The notes under the pieces were generated by a model. That model had not been told where the DNA came from and ran no database searches. It worked only from the letters and a program-made list of their open reading frames with translations. From assembly GCF_001194135.2 (NCBI RefSeq), contig NC_068990.1:37177916-37241915 (forward strand): a stretch of DNA of 64,000 bases, written 5' to 3'. Both the position numbers and the translations under genes were made by a program. Positions 1-13,642 of this stretch are shown here, one piece after another (position 1 is the first letter of the stretch; every line of letters starts with the position of its first letter). This stretch comes from Octopus bimaculoides. Lineage: Eukaryota.

Positions 1-860
1 GATAATGTAGTCTTTCGTCCAATATAAGCAACCTGTGTTTGATTTGTGCCGCTTGCTCCCCTTTAGGACATTTTGGATATATAGCACATGTACTGACATG
101 ATTGTTTTAAGTCTAACATTTTTTTACTAAAATTTCATAACAATTTTTACTTTGAAAATATAGTTTCTCTCTCTTGTTCTCACTTTCTGTCTCTTCCTCT
201 TTTTCTCTTTTTTCTCCTGCTTTCTTTCTCTCCCTCATTCACTCATACTTTTCTCCCTATCAAGATATAGAGTGCAGCTTAAAAACTTTGTTGACTTATT
301 GTTTGAATACTCTAACCTAATTTATAGAGAGCAATTTCCCATTAGTCCTGCTGATAGAATACTACTATGAATACTTGTCCATGATATTCCTAAAAAGAGA
401 CATTTACAGTCATGATGTGTCGACGCCCCCTGATGATGAAGTAGACTAGCCCAATATGTAGATATAGAGGGAGAAGTCTAGATGTCGGGTAGTTGAGTAG
501 AGGTCATCCAAACGTGTGATATAACAGTAGCGACAAGGATTTCGTAGTTCACACAGCCACTGTGTAGTATTGTGAAACAAAAATCATCAAACATAAATAT
601 GTTCAATCAGTGTCAATTGAGATTAAACAGCAACTACAATCAGCCATTCAATTCTGAAGTTCTTAGATCGACAATTGCATGATTCTCAAGTATTTTGTTA
701 CTCCACAAAGGCTTGTTTAGTCTTCCATATATATATTTCTTTGCTCTTTTTCTATCTTGAAGCACAGGACAGTGGCCGTGCTGTAGTACTCCCTTCAAGA
801 GGTGACATTGAGCCTAATATTTATTTCCATCCAATGCTAAATTTTTCAATTTGCTGGACT

Positions 861-1145
861 TTCGAGTGAGATCGTTGCCAGTGCCCCTGGACTGGCTCTT
901 GTGCAGGTGGCACATAAAATACACCATTTTGAGCGTGGCCGTTGCCAGTACTGCCTGACTGGCCTTCGTACCGGTGGCATGTAAAAACACCCACTACACT
1001 CTCGGAGTGGTTGGCATTAGGAAGGGCATCCAGCTGTAGAAACTCTGCCATATCAAAATGGAGCCTGGTGTAGCCATCTGGGTCACCAGTCCTCAGTCAA
1101 ATCGTCCAACCCATGCTAGCATGGAAAGCGGACGTTAAACGATGA
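861..1145 (+). mobile_element. Family A retroposon copy (5'-truncated RTE-type LINE 3' end or RTE-tailed SINE), internal two-unit dimer, GATGA tail
   Basis: Near-identical to 29377-29670 and 20941-21175; ends ...CCAACCCATGCTAGCATGGAAAGCGGACGTTAAACGATGA. RTE assignment is inference from the tail type and related sequence downstream of the RTE ORF remnant at 7133-7252. Confidence 0.85.
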
Positions 1146-1169
1146 ACGATTAGTGAATCCTTAAGTTAC

Positions 1170-1720
1170 AAATTTTGACCTCATGGAACACAGCTTGACA
1201 CTGGTTTGTACTCATATTCAAAAATTGGAACAATTTTATTCCTGAAAACTTCGATCAATTATGAACATCAAAAACCACAAGGTTGTTAACATTATACTCC
1301 TTTTTAAATAAGCCAAAACCAAAGTTTTGATGGTATCATCAGACAACACCTCAGATGGGGAGGTCATATTCATTTCATGAACAGCACCAAACTTCCATGC
1401 CAAATCCTTTTCAGAGAACTCAGAGCCAGCAGAAGTCATACACCTATCCCATGCAATACTACAAAGACCAACTGAGGCAGAGAATGAAGTGCAATAATAT
1501 AGACTATAAATCCTGGAACCAATGCATAGAAGACAGTACAATGTGGTGCTGCATCATCAAGATTGATGTGGAACATTTTGAAGATCACTGAGGAGATGAA
1601 GAAGATAAATGGCTGTGGTAAATTCCAAACAAATATTCTACTGACCATCAAATGTGACATCTGTGGACAATTGTTCCAAATTGACTTTGCCAGCCATCAG
1701 AGGCACTGATATAGATGAGA
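1170..1720 (+). mobile_element. Decayed RTE-clade LINE, 3' part of ORF (post-RT region to C-terminal zinc-finger remnant)
   Basis: Across frameshifts and stops it reads HIQKLEQFYS*KLRSIMNIK, RQHLRWGGHI (1341-1370), YKDQLRQRMKCNNIDYKSWNQCIEDSTMW and KCDICGQ...ASHQRH, matching the typical RTE C-terminal motif order (LRWxGH ... KDQL ... W ... CCHH). Confidence 0.85.
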
Positions 1721-1969
1721 AACTTCAAATGAAAGAAGTACTTGGTAACAAAGAGGAGCCACTGACGCACACACACACACACATACACATATAGTAATAA
1801 GAAAATGGAGGGGAATAGGTGGTATTCATCAACTTGCAGACATTTTATTGTGTCAATTTACATGTTTATTTGTTAACTAAGGACAATAATAACAAGTAAA
1901 AGATAAAGCATAAACTTTTTTTAACACAAAATTTCTGTGCATTTTCTTTTTTTATATATTTTTACTGCA

Positions 1970-2106
1970 ACCTTCACAATTGACCAATGCAATCATGTGT
2001 TCTATGTGAGGATTGACCTCATAAGCCATATTCACCAGCATTAATGGTTCAAATATTCATCCAAGAGGAGAAATTGATCATCAGATATGAGGGACGAGCT
2101 GACAAC
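1970..2106 (+). mobile_element. Short RTE-like LINE 3' terminus (degenerate CCHH zinc finger, stop, short 3' UTR)
   Basis: Translates TFTIDQCNHVFYVRIDLISHIHQH* (1970-2044), resembling the CxxC...RIGLxSH..H end of RTE ORFs; first Cys lost. Confidence 0.55.
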
Positions 2107-3834
2107 GCTATTTATACATATATATCTGACCCCAACCACTACACAGAGAGTACTGGTTGCTTTTTACATGGCACCAGTACTAATGCAGTCACTATATAAC
2201 CCAGAGTATTAAAGGCTCCCCTTGAATGGGGGAAGTATCATACAGAGGAAGGTAGCATTACAATAGATGTTAAAAGGTTAAAGTATGAAAAAAGTGATAG
2301 GGAGAAGTTTTCCACAGCAGAGAAGATACGTATGTGGCTACTTGGCAGTAAATAAAAAGGGTGAAACTCGACTAAGAGATGCAGAAGACAGTGATGAGGT
2401 GTCTGAGTCTCAAAGTGCAAAGGTGAACAGAAGAGAGAATGGGAATAGAATATATACACAAGAGTGTATGTGGAGAGTAACGAAAGGTTAGAGATGGTGT
2501 AAGGAGTTAGGGTGAATTTAGTCAAAGGCGAACAAGAGTAGAGGAGTGACTGATGATAAATAAATCAGAGAAAAGGTAAGGAAGAGATGATAAGTGGTGG
2601 TACAGAAAAGGAACAGCAGAATAATTATTTCCAGAGAGGGAAAGAGAGAAAGGGATATAATAGGAGGGTAGTGGGAGTAGATTACAAAAGTGTGTGGGGA
2701 GAGTGAGAGACATGGTGATAGAGGTGAAGATAGTCAGCATTAAATAGGATGGGTCAAGAGGAAGAACTTAAGAAGAGAGATAACTGGTAGTACAAAAGTG
2801 TGATCAATAGAACATATGAGAGGAGAGTGACAATGTTAAGAATGGAGGTTGGATGTTGAAAGGTAGATGGAGGGATAACTGATAGCACAGAAAATGATGA
2901 TAAAGAATGTAGTCCCACACCCACGTAAATACAGGTGCAGATACTGTAGTAGTGAGGAGAGTGATGGTCGGATTTGAGTTTGGGAGATAAGGGATGTTGG
3001 GGAATGCATAATGGCTACAAATTGGGCAAGTGGTCCAGCTGTGTGTATATAGTGTATATACATTATACATCCAGAACCTCTGTTTCGCCATGATGGGCAG
3101 GTTTTCTCAAGTGCTGCATTGCATATCTTCAATCATCTATATAAATATGCATGCGCACGCACACACACACACGTGTGTTTGTGTGTATATATATGTATGT
3201 ATATATACAAAGAGAGAAAGAGAGAGAGAGAGAGAGAAAGAAAGCAAAATACTCACACACACATATATGCGGACACATAACACACATTCATGCATTGACA
3301 GATATGAACAAGGATTATGTCTAACACAGGGACACAGTTTATTCATACACAAATAGATGTTACATGAAACAACAGACTGTCAGACAGACAGACAGGCAAA
3401 CAGACAACTTGACAGACAAACGAAGAAGCAGATATAACAAATACGATAACCAAATATTACTGCAATGAAGAATAATCTGAAAATCTGAGGAAAAAATTTT
3501 TCCTCTTTTTCTCCTGCTCTAGTTCTTATAATTCCTTTTCTTCTTTCTTCTCTACCATCTTCAGAGTCATCATCTTCTTCTTCTTCGTCTTTTGATTATT
3601 ATTATTATTATTTATTTATTTATTATTATTTTTTTTAAATAAAGCCCCATGTCTTAATAAGCTGTCCACTGAGCTGGAAGTCAGCATCGCAGCTGACAAA
3701 ATTCTCCAGCTTTGATTGGCCGATGGATTCATATTCAACTAATTTGAAGAAATATATCGAAATATTTGTTAGATGAAAGAAATACTATAGAAAAGCTATG
3801 TTAAACAGAGAAACAGAGTTGCACTGAGTGTTTC

Positions 3835-3893
<59 letters not shown>

Positions 3894-4124
3894 NNNNNNN
3901 NNNNNNNNNNNNNNNNNNNNNNNNNNNNNNNNNNNNNNNNNNNNNNNNNNNNNNNNNNNNNNNNNNNNNNNNNNNNNNNNNNNNNNNNNNNNNNNNNNNN
4001 NNNNNNNNNNNNNNNNNNNNNNNNNNNNNNNNNNNNNNNNNNNNNNNNNNNNNNNNNNNNNNNNNNNNNNNNNNNNNNNNNNNNNNNNNNNNNNNNNNNN
4101 NNNNNNNNNNNNNNNNNNNNNNNN

Positions 4125-4191
<67 letters not shown>

Positions 4192-4278
4192 AAGAGGAGA
4201 GAGAGAGAGAGAGAAGAGAGAGAAAGCGAGAGAGAGAGAGATACATATATGTGTATATATATATACACATATAAATAC

Positions 4279-4311
<33 letters not shown>

Positions 4312-5267
4312 TACATAATCAGATTACATGATGGATTCAAATATAAAATATACTTATATGCACATAGAATTATATATATATATACATATATATATACATA
4401 TGAGCACACACATACATGCGCACACACACACACACACACACGCACACACATATAATATATATATATATATATGTATATATATATGCATGCATACATATAT
4501 GTGTATATACATATACATCTATACATATATAGGTATATGTATGTACATATGTGTGCGAATATGTGAATTTGTGTATCTCCACACACATAATTATGCATGC
4601 ATGTGTTCTCTCTAGTTATTCTAGTTCAGCAATATAACAAGATAGAATTGTTCAGCCAATATGCTTGTGATAGGTTTTTTTTCTTTTTTCTTTATTCTTT
4701 TGTGTTTGTAGTTTTGTCTGCAGGACATTCAATATTTTACACATCTGCATATTAAGCACTATCTAGCAGATATGTTGTTTTAACTTTGTACTTGTGGTGA
4801 TGATGATTTTGATGATGATGAGGAGGAGGAGGAGTAAGAGCAGAAGAACACCAACAATGATGATGACTGGATGGTACTGGATTTGGGGATGATTACAGAT
4901 GAATGAATACTTTAAGCAATAAGGATTTATTTATTACGATGAAAATCGTGGTGGTGGTGGTCATGTTGGTGGCGGTTGTAATAGCAATGGCTATAGTGTT
5001 GGCGGTGATGGTGGCAGAGAAGCTGCTGTTGTTGTGGTGAGGGTGGAGGTGGTGGTGTTTGTCATCATCGTCGTTGTCATCATCATGGTGGTAGTGATTG
5101 TGTGCATTCTAATGATGATAGTGGGTTTAGTGATGATGATGATGAGGAGGAGGAGGAGGATTATAATGGCCAGGATGAGGATAACTATAAGATTAATTAT
5201 TTGGGCATAGATAATGATTATAATGATAATGATGATGATGGACTCTTTTAACTGTTTTGAATTTGCT

Positions 5268-5375
<108 letters not shown>

Positions 5376-5780
5376 AATAATGATGATCATCATGATCAGG
5401 CTCATGATAACTCTGATGAGGCTGACAACAGGGGTGCCTGCTGAACAAAGTGTAGTAGCATATTTTGTTAAATTGTTAATTATTGGAATGCATTGCAGCT
5501 ATAACGTTTATCAAGTAAGTAGATGTGAAGCCATTGTTAGTATTTGAACCCAGTGTTACATCACTTGTGATAAAATAAAAGTTAGATATACACAGAGACA
5601 GTGAAACTGAAGCTGTAATTGTTTGACACTAGCTATTTCATGTGCCATTCTGTTGTGAATCTGAAAGCATTAAATAATATAATATGCTCTGTATGTTAAT
5701 GTTTTAGTCCCCATACATTGGTAAATTTGTTGCTTAATTGAATGTGACGGTAAAGTTAATATTCAAGGGAGATAAAAATA

Positions 5781-5966
5781 TGTTTTGCAAACAACTTGCA
5801 CATGCCAGTGCTACCAATCGAGAGCTCTGTATACCAGAAGCCAGTAAGTGTATGGGGTCATCAGGAGAGAATGCGTGCTGTTTTGGGGCCTACCTCTCAA
5901 TGGAACCAATTCACACAGCCTCCCACTCACCAATATGAGGCCCCGCTTGCTAGATCAACTGGTTAT
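5781..5966 (+). repeat. Old dispersed repeat, copy 1 (homologous to 38493-38680 minus)
   Basis: Colinear similarity from TGTTTTGCAAA to a conserved core ATGAGGCCCCGCTTGCTA(G/A)ATCAACTGGTTAT. Confidence 0.7.
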
Positions 5967-6116
5967 CAAATAAAGCTTAATATTCTTCTAGCCATCACTC
6001 ATCATCTCTTTTTTACCAAATTCAGTGGCTTGCATTTTCCACTGTAGTTTAGATATTGGTCACAGTGCTATTTACCTTACGATGAGTTAGGCCTAACAAT
6101 AACAACAGTCATCTCA

Positions 6117-6257
6117 CACTGTCCAACATCCGACTTCGATTGGAAAATGCTCTTCTTTCCAGCCTGCATCTTCACATTCTTTGAAGAGGATTACATAACA
6201 GTCAATCTTTCGAGACCGAGTGGCGTCCATGTTATCTGCATGAGAAACTGTTAACGT
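6117..6257 (-). mobile_element. Fragment of the restriction-like endonuclease (RLE) domain of a HERO-like non-LTR retrotransposon
   Basis: Minus frame reads TLTVSHADNMDATRSRKIDCYVILFKECEDAGWKEEHFPIEVGCWTV*, matching the ELTVPW.(D/E)N...RK...Y..L..EC...GW....P.EVGCRG pattern of HERO-type RLE domains. Confidence 0.7.
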
Positions 6258-6699
6258 GACTGGATTCACAACTTTCTTTCTTTCACATCACATTAAAATG
6301 ATTTTATTTTCTATTCACTTTGAACAGGTATTTTTATTATAAAATGCAATGAAATTATTGCATTAAATTAAGTGATAATGAAACTTTTGGGGCCTATTAT
6401 GCTGTATGCTTAATTCTAAATGTAAAGTTTTGTTCCTCAATTCATCAGCCCCAGCTGAGTTGTTTTGGAGCCTGTTCCTCTGGAAGTGTAATACCAGTGC
6501 AACTAATTGACTGAGTTCACGTTATCATCATCATCACCATCCTCCTCCTCATCATCATCATCATTTGATATATTGTATGTTTCTATTATCAACAGTTAAC
6601 TGGAGATTCCAGCAAATCGTTTTGTGATGCTTCATCTTCTAATAAATATAATTACATATATATTCATACATATATGTGTGAGAATATGTGTGTATGTAA

Positions 6700-6733
<34 letters not shown>

Positions 6734-6750
6734 GCACANNNNNNNNNNNN

Positions 6751-6789
<39 letters not shown>

Positions 6790-6798
6790 TATGTATCA

Positions 6799-6860
6799 TT
6801 GCTATTACGCAAAAGTGTAAGTCCAAAACATTGCTTTTTCAGAAAGCAGAAAGATAATTT
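6799..6860 (+). repeat. Short dispersed repeat (second copy 17470-17532)
   Basis: TTGCTATTA(C/T)GCAAAAGTGT..TAAGTCCAAAA..TTGCTTTT.CAGAAA.CA.AAAGATAATT shared by both sites. Confidence 0.7.
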
Positions 6861-7132
6861 TTACGGAGATGTACTTGCATAGCAAGTGACCTGATCTGAG
6901 ATCGTGTGCTGGAACAAAAACAATTGCAGCGTGGAAAGTGCTTATAGGCCAATTAAGAAACACACAAAAACCATTAGATTCATTCAACATTTAAATTTAA
7001 TTTGCCAAAATATTTTCGTCACTTTGAGACCACGACCTGTTCACTGACAAAATTCCATGATGCAGCACGGAATTTTATGTGGTACTGGCACCTAAAAGGA
7101 CAAGCCTATATGTGTGAAAGACAGGGATTTTG

Positions 7133-7252
7133 CTTATCAAGTATAGCAAATTGCCACATCTCCCTGCTCCCTGTCATTTCCTCAGTGAGGCCCAGCATCT
7201 AAAGATCCTTTCTCACCACTTCACCCGAAGTCTTCTTGGATCTACCCCTTCC
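7133..7252 (-). mobile_element. RTE-clade LINE ORF C-terminal fragment
   Basis: Minus frame GRGRSKKTSGEVVRKDL*MLGLTEEMTGSREMWQFAILDK matches the GRGRP.KTW.EVV..DL..LGL.E.M..DR..W motif at RTE ORF ends. Confidence 0.75.
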
Positions 7253-9336
7253 ATAGATACATATGTATGCATGTACTCAAGGACCAACTCAAAGCAACAC
7301 TAAAAATCGCTGGAACTGAGCCCAAATCATTTGAAACATTGGCTTGAGACCATAACATCATATGCAAATATACGTGTGTATATGTGTACATAAGTACATG
7401 GATACATATAAATATTTACATTCAAAAATGTAATGTGCTCAATAAACACAATAGACACTTGTGTGAAATTTCTTTTGTAATCTTTTGGTAATGGTGCTTA
7501 ATCATTTCCCTAACCCTAAAGTTTTGTGCAAATATTTTAATCACTTCCCTAATTTGTAATTTTAAATAACATCACTGGCTAAGAGGTGTTATGAAGAAGT
7601 AATTCACTTTCCCATTTTATAACTACAAGCTTGTGAGTGTGATCTTTGTATAGTACATAAACTAGAAAGAAATGTTACTAAAGTTTCATGGAAGACATTT
7701 ACATTCTGTATAAAGTGAAAATATCAGTTACCACTATGTCATCAAATATAACAAATATCTTTTTTCAAAGAAGTAATGGTAAATGAGAGAGTTATTCTAT
7801 ACACAGTGCAAATAAATCCTCTCTATGAAACTTAAGTAACACATTTGTTTATCTTATATGCTCTATAAAAGGCATAAAAATCACATCTAGCTCTATTAGG
7901 GGCACTCTAACCCCTTTATATTTTGAATGCTCATTCAGTAATGTGCATACATATGTCTATGCTTATGTATGTGTTTGCTTGTGTTTGTGAATGTGTGGAG
8001 CATGTTTGTGCATATATGTGTATGCATGAGCATATGTGCATGTCAGTGTGAGTTTAAGTTGAGAGTTTGAGATTGCTTCACAATCATAAGGACCTGTTTG
8101 AATCTCACAGTATGTCATCATAGATAACTAATGTTCATCAGATCTTTAGTTCAATGCAAGCAACTTGAGTGAAGCTATATTGATAGAAACTGTGAAAAAG
8201 AGTGTCAAATTCAATGAACTTGTTATTTAAAGGACTGGTCACATCATTAAGTGTAACACTGATTCTTCTTTAGAATTACATTAGTGGTATAACCATCTAC
8301 AAAAAAAGCTTGCCTATTTATATGCTAATACAATATGTAAATAGTATGAGTTTTTGAAAAACCAGAATGGTTGCTTGTTACACAGTGTTTCACAATTGCT
8401 CTTGAAGGGATACGCTCATAAGCTTCTGCATAAGAATATGACTGCTAATATCATCTGAAATATTACAGAGTATATTGACACTCTGAGTAAGAGAGAGTAT
8501 CACTGGCTGTCTTCTAACAAAAACAAACACTACTTCATATATATATATATATATATANNNNNNNNNNNNNNNNNNNNNNNNNNNNNNNNNNNNNNNNNNN
8601 NNNNNNNNNNNNNNNNNNNNNNNNNNNNNNNNNNNNNNNNNNNNNNNNNNNNNNNNNNNNNNNNNNNNNNNNNNNNNNNNNNNNNNNNNNNNNNNNNNNN
8701 NNNNNNNNNNNNNNNNNNNNNNNNNNNNNNNNNNNNNNNNNNNNNNNNNNNNNNNNNNNNNNNNNNNNNNNNNNNNNNNNNNNNNNNNNNNNNNNNNNNN
8801 NNNNNNNNNNNNNNNNNNNNNNNNNNNNNNNNNNNNNNNNNNNNNNNNNNNNNNNNNNNNNNNNNNNNNNNNNNNNNNNNNNNNNNNNNNNNNNNNNNNN
8901 NNNNNNNNNNNNNNNNNNNNNNNNNNNNNNNNNNNNNNNNNNNNNNNNNNNNNNNNNNNNNNNNNNNNNNNNNNNNNNNNNNNNNNNNNNNNNNNNNNNN
9001 NNNNNNNNNNNNNNNNNNNNNNNNNNNNNNNNNNNNNNNNNNNNNNNNNNNNNNNNNNNNNNNNNNNNNNNNNNNNNNNNNNNNNNNNNNNNNNNNNNNN
9101 ATATATATATATATATATATATATAAATGTATATATCACCATAATAAAAATTCATCTCTAGATGTTAAGGGATGGACTTAATAACCTTTTTATAAGTTGC
9201 ATGGGAGTGAATATGTATTATTTAGAATTCCTAGTGTATACTTATGGTGCATATATATATAATGCCATGTATCTGTCCCTCTCACTATATTTATATAAGT
9301 ATATAATTTGTGTTTATATAAGTGTGTATGCATGTA

Positions 9337-9378
<42 letters not shown>

Positions 9379-9396
9379 NNNNNNNNNNTATACATA

Positions 9397-9431
9397 TCAT
9401 CATCATCGTTTAACGTCCGCTTTCCATGCTA
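9397..9431 (-). mobile_element. Extreme 3' stub of family A abutting a (TA)n tract
   Basis: TCATCATCATCGTTTAACGTCCGCTTTCCATGCTA is the exact reverse complement of the family A terminus. Confidence 0.8.
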
Positions 9432-9650
9432 TATATATATATATATTTACACTAATATATATGCACATACAATTTATGTCTATATATAGTTGTTATATTA
9501 GTACATATCTCTATTTTGATGGAAAAACTGCTTTATAATTCTTCGTTCCTATGCATGAAAATGCATACATATTTGCATGAGCATGCATATGCATGTGAAC
9601 ACATACATGCATACATGTTCCAATGAGATTTTATATATATATGCATGTAA

Positions 9651-9687
<37 letters not shown>

Positions 9688-11163
9688 TGTGTGTACGTTA
9701 AATGTTCATGAATGGCATGAATGGATATTGTTTTATGGTTTTTGTATTTAAAAAAATTTTCCTATTATTATTTTAGTTTGTTTTCTTATCTTTATTTTTT
9801 CATAAGCGCCATACGTATCTTAATTTACAAACGTCATAACCAAAACACCATACTAAACATTGAGATCAACAAAGGTTAATTGTTAGTGCACATATTTTTT
9901 TTTAATTATTTTTGTTTCATTTAAATGTATTTATTTATATTATTATCATTTTCATTATTATTATCATTATTTTTATTATTATTATTATTATTACTATTAT
10001 TATCATTATTATTATTATTATTTGTCATATTTGCTTTCAAAATGAGAATTCTAAACAGTCAGATGATTCCATCAATGTTACTTAGAAGAATAAACAACGA
10101 GTAAGTCATATTTTATAAAATACAAGCTACACACTCATGCAGGCATGCATATATAAATATNNNNNNNNNNNNNNNNNNNNNNNNNNNNNNNNNNNNNNNN
10201 NNNNNNNNNNNNNNNNNNNNNNNNNNNNNNNNNNNNNNNNNNNNNNNNNNNNNNNNNNNNNNNNNNNNNNNNNNNNNNNNNNNNNNNNNNNNNNNNATAT
10301 ATATATATATATATACGCAATCAAAATAGAACATTCAGAGAAAAATGAAATATAAATGACAAAAAATGCAAAAAACAAAACAGACTTTTCATAAATTTCA
10401 TGGAAATTGGATGAAATCCATAAGTTTTCCTATCTTTGATTATAGTTTTGTTTTCTGTATCTCTGCTTCTCTCTCTCTCTCTTTCCCTCTCTCTGTCTTT
10501 CCCTCTCTCTCTCTTTCCCTCTCTACCTCTATCTCTTTTGCTCTCACACATGTGCATACTGTTTTTTCTTTCTTCTCACTCTCTCTTTCACCTTCTCTTC
10601 TTCTCTGTCTTGCTTTCTTACTCTATACATTTATGTTTCATTACTGAAAATGCATACATAATCATGCCCACGATACATGCATACATACATACATACATAC
10701 ATCATATACACAAATGATACATACATAAACTGTTGCACATATACATACTACCCAAAAAGATATACATACGAACACACGGGTTTACATTTTCACACAAACA
10801 TACATAGCTATATACATACACACATACAAATAGACAAATAATTCGGTTTTAACTGGAGATAAAGCTACAAGTAATAGCATGAAAAATATTGGGTCAAATC
10901 CTATTGGATACTAAAAGTCAAAGGTTGCCTGTGAGGCTTGGGGCTCCAAAACACATCTTCTGTAAAAGGACAGACATTCTACCAATGGATCAGAACAATC
11001 CTTCAAAACTCTCTGTCCGTTTTAAAAACTTTGTCGTTAGAAACAGGAATTGAAATTTGTTTACAGAGTAAGAATTTAGAAGCTTCAAGAGATGGGATAT
11101 GATACATCTTTAGTTTTGAATCTTGAAGTAAATAGACAACAGACTTAACTATACCTATATGCA

Positions 11164-11206
<43 letters not shown>

Positions 11207-11799
11207 AGAGAGAGAAAACAAGGTTATTTTATTCCACACAGGAAGAAATATAGAAAATAGAAGTTGAAAACACACTAGGATTCAGTGAGATTCTGCAAAA
11301 CAGAATTTCTTTCGAAGTTTAAAATGTACAACTCTCTGACTTCACAAATCTCATTCCTCTTATGGAATCCCATGTTTGCATCAAATAATTCTTGATCATT
11401 ACATTTCAGATATTTTGTTTATCATGTAATGGTTTTACTACACTCTTCATATTCGTTAAATGTTAAAAATACATTTAGTTTTTAGCAGTACTAAAACTAC
11501 ATAAACAATAACTCCTTTCTTGCTTTTTGTTTTTTTACACATAAAATACTGAAAATGTGAAAATATGTTTTTGCGTGAGAATTGACAAAATATATTGCAT
11601 GTTCTGTGTATAATGATTGATTATATGAATGTACAATGCATATTCTTATGTATTCTGATGATTTATTTTCTTTTGGTAATCATTGAAACCTTCATGATTA
11701 TTCTTATTTTGATGACCATATGAATATTTTTGATTATATATTTTCATGCTGCTTGTTATCTTCATTCATTGAAATAATCAGCAACATGAAACTCAAAGT

Positions 11800-12410
11800 A
11801 ATAATTCTAAGAAATTCAAAGGATAGGAAGTATCCAAAAATATGTGCAATACAGGTATGGGCCAACTGAAGACACACCATCTGCAAGTACTCCTGGAAAC
11901 TGATTCTATCTACCTCACATAAACCAGAATGGAGCAGATCCACAATGCTCGGTCAATGGAAATATGAAGAAGTTATTGACCATATTTTCAAGAACTCATG
12001 ATAACAACAAGCATAGCACAGTGGTAGCACACCTGCATTGGAAAATATGCAAGAGTACAAGATCATGACAACCACTAATCAGTGTGAAAGATATTATGGC
12101 CTACCATATTGGTAGCGATATGAAAGCCAACAGACCTGATACTGTTATCAAGGAAAAGAATGATCAGAGGTACATACTGATCAAGATATGAAACCATTCA
12201 AAAGAAACACCACCATGAATGTCACAGAGAAACTGATCAAGTACAAAACCTGGCTATCATAATAAATAAGAAGGCCAAAATGATACCAGTGGTCATTGAA
12301 GCCAAGGAATCCATGACAAACAGAATAGGAGAGCTCACAAAATATAGTTAAGATGGCATCGACATTTATATGATTGAGAAGGTTATGGGGATTATCCAAC
12401 ACACTGTGGA
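11800..12410 (+). mobile_element. Decayed R4-like (RLE-type) non-LTR retrotransposon, C-terminal zinc-knuckle and endonuclease region
   Basis: Motifs in order across frameshifts: CAIQ, EEVIDHI (from 11966), VVAHLHWKICK, KANRPDTVIKEK, EKLIKYK, IPVVI. These correspond to the AIQDQ / ETIDHI / RH..V...HW..C / NRPDIV / EK..KY / PVVIGALG series of R4-type elements. Confidence 0.75.
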
Positions 12411-13295
12411 GATTGTTACCTATTAGCTAACAAGCAGGGCCTTAGTTTGGATCTGGTCCTATAGAATATAACAGAAAAAACTAAAAGGAATAATGATAGA
12501 AATAATTGCTTCAAATTTAGACACAATGCCAGTAACTTTAAAGCAAATAGTTGAGTTGACCTCACCACAGCATTTCGTTGTATTGGTACTTTGTTTTTAT
12601 CAAAACCACTCACTCTTTTCACAAAGGAATGGAAGGCAAAGCTGACCTTAAATATATACATATATATATGTATATATGCATACATACACATGCACACATA
12701 TGCATATATACTAAGATATATATGTGTATGTGTCTGTGTGCATATGTTTGAGAAGGTATGCATATACATTCACAAACATGTTACATGTATACACAGACAC
12801 ACACACATATACATATACACATGCATGTATGTATGTATGTATGTATGTATGTATGTATCTGTATGCATGTAGGTATGTATATATATGTATATATATAAAT
12901 ACATAAAATAGTTGAAAAATCTTCTTGAACTTTGCCTGTGAAATACTCAGCCACTTAACTATAATTCAATGAGTAGGCAGCTCAGTTAATCAAACAGCTG
13001 GAATACTCACTGTGGAAACCAACGGAGAGCCATTTATATTCTATTTTATATATATATATATATATATNNNNNNNNNNNNNNNNNNNNNNNNNNNNNNNNN
13101 NNNNNNNNNNNNNNNNNNNNNNNNNNNNNNNNNNNNNNNNNNNNNNNNNNNNNNNNNNNNNNNNNNNNNNNNNNNNNNNNNNNNNNNNNNNNNNNNNNNN
13201 NNNNNNNNNNNNNNNNNNNNNNNNNNNNNNNNNNNNNNNNNNNNNNNNNNNNNNNNNNNNNNNNNNNNNNNNNNNNNNNNNNNNNNNNNNNNNGA

Positions 13296-13336
<41 letters not shown>

Positions 13337-13546
13337 TACATATACACATACATATATAGGAATATATATTCATTCTGTAGAAATAAAATTTAAAAAAACA
13401 GGAACATCGCAGCTAACGTGGAAAGCATTCATGCAAACATACTCACACATACTCATAAACACACACATATAATAATAATAATAATGATAATAATAATGAC
13501 TGTGTAATGCGTGTATATATATATGTGTGTGTATATATATATATGC

Positions 13547-13642
<96 letters not shown>

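Noticed and set aside
421-540. CTGATGA...GGTCATCCAAACGT with an internal TAGACT/AGTCTA stem
   Set aside because: G12 is replaced by C, position 17 would be G and stem I cannot form; not a supportable hammerhead.
3640-3760. GC-richer unique island with a CCAAT box and a 35-codon open frame on minus
   Set aside because: No homology or donor site recognisable; insufficient evidence for an exon or promoter.
5411-5450. CTGATGA-GGC...GCC motif
   Set aside because: No GAAA adjacent to the stem; chance match next to GAT repeats.
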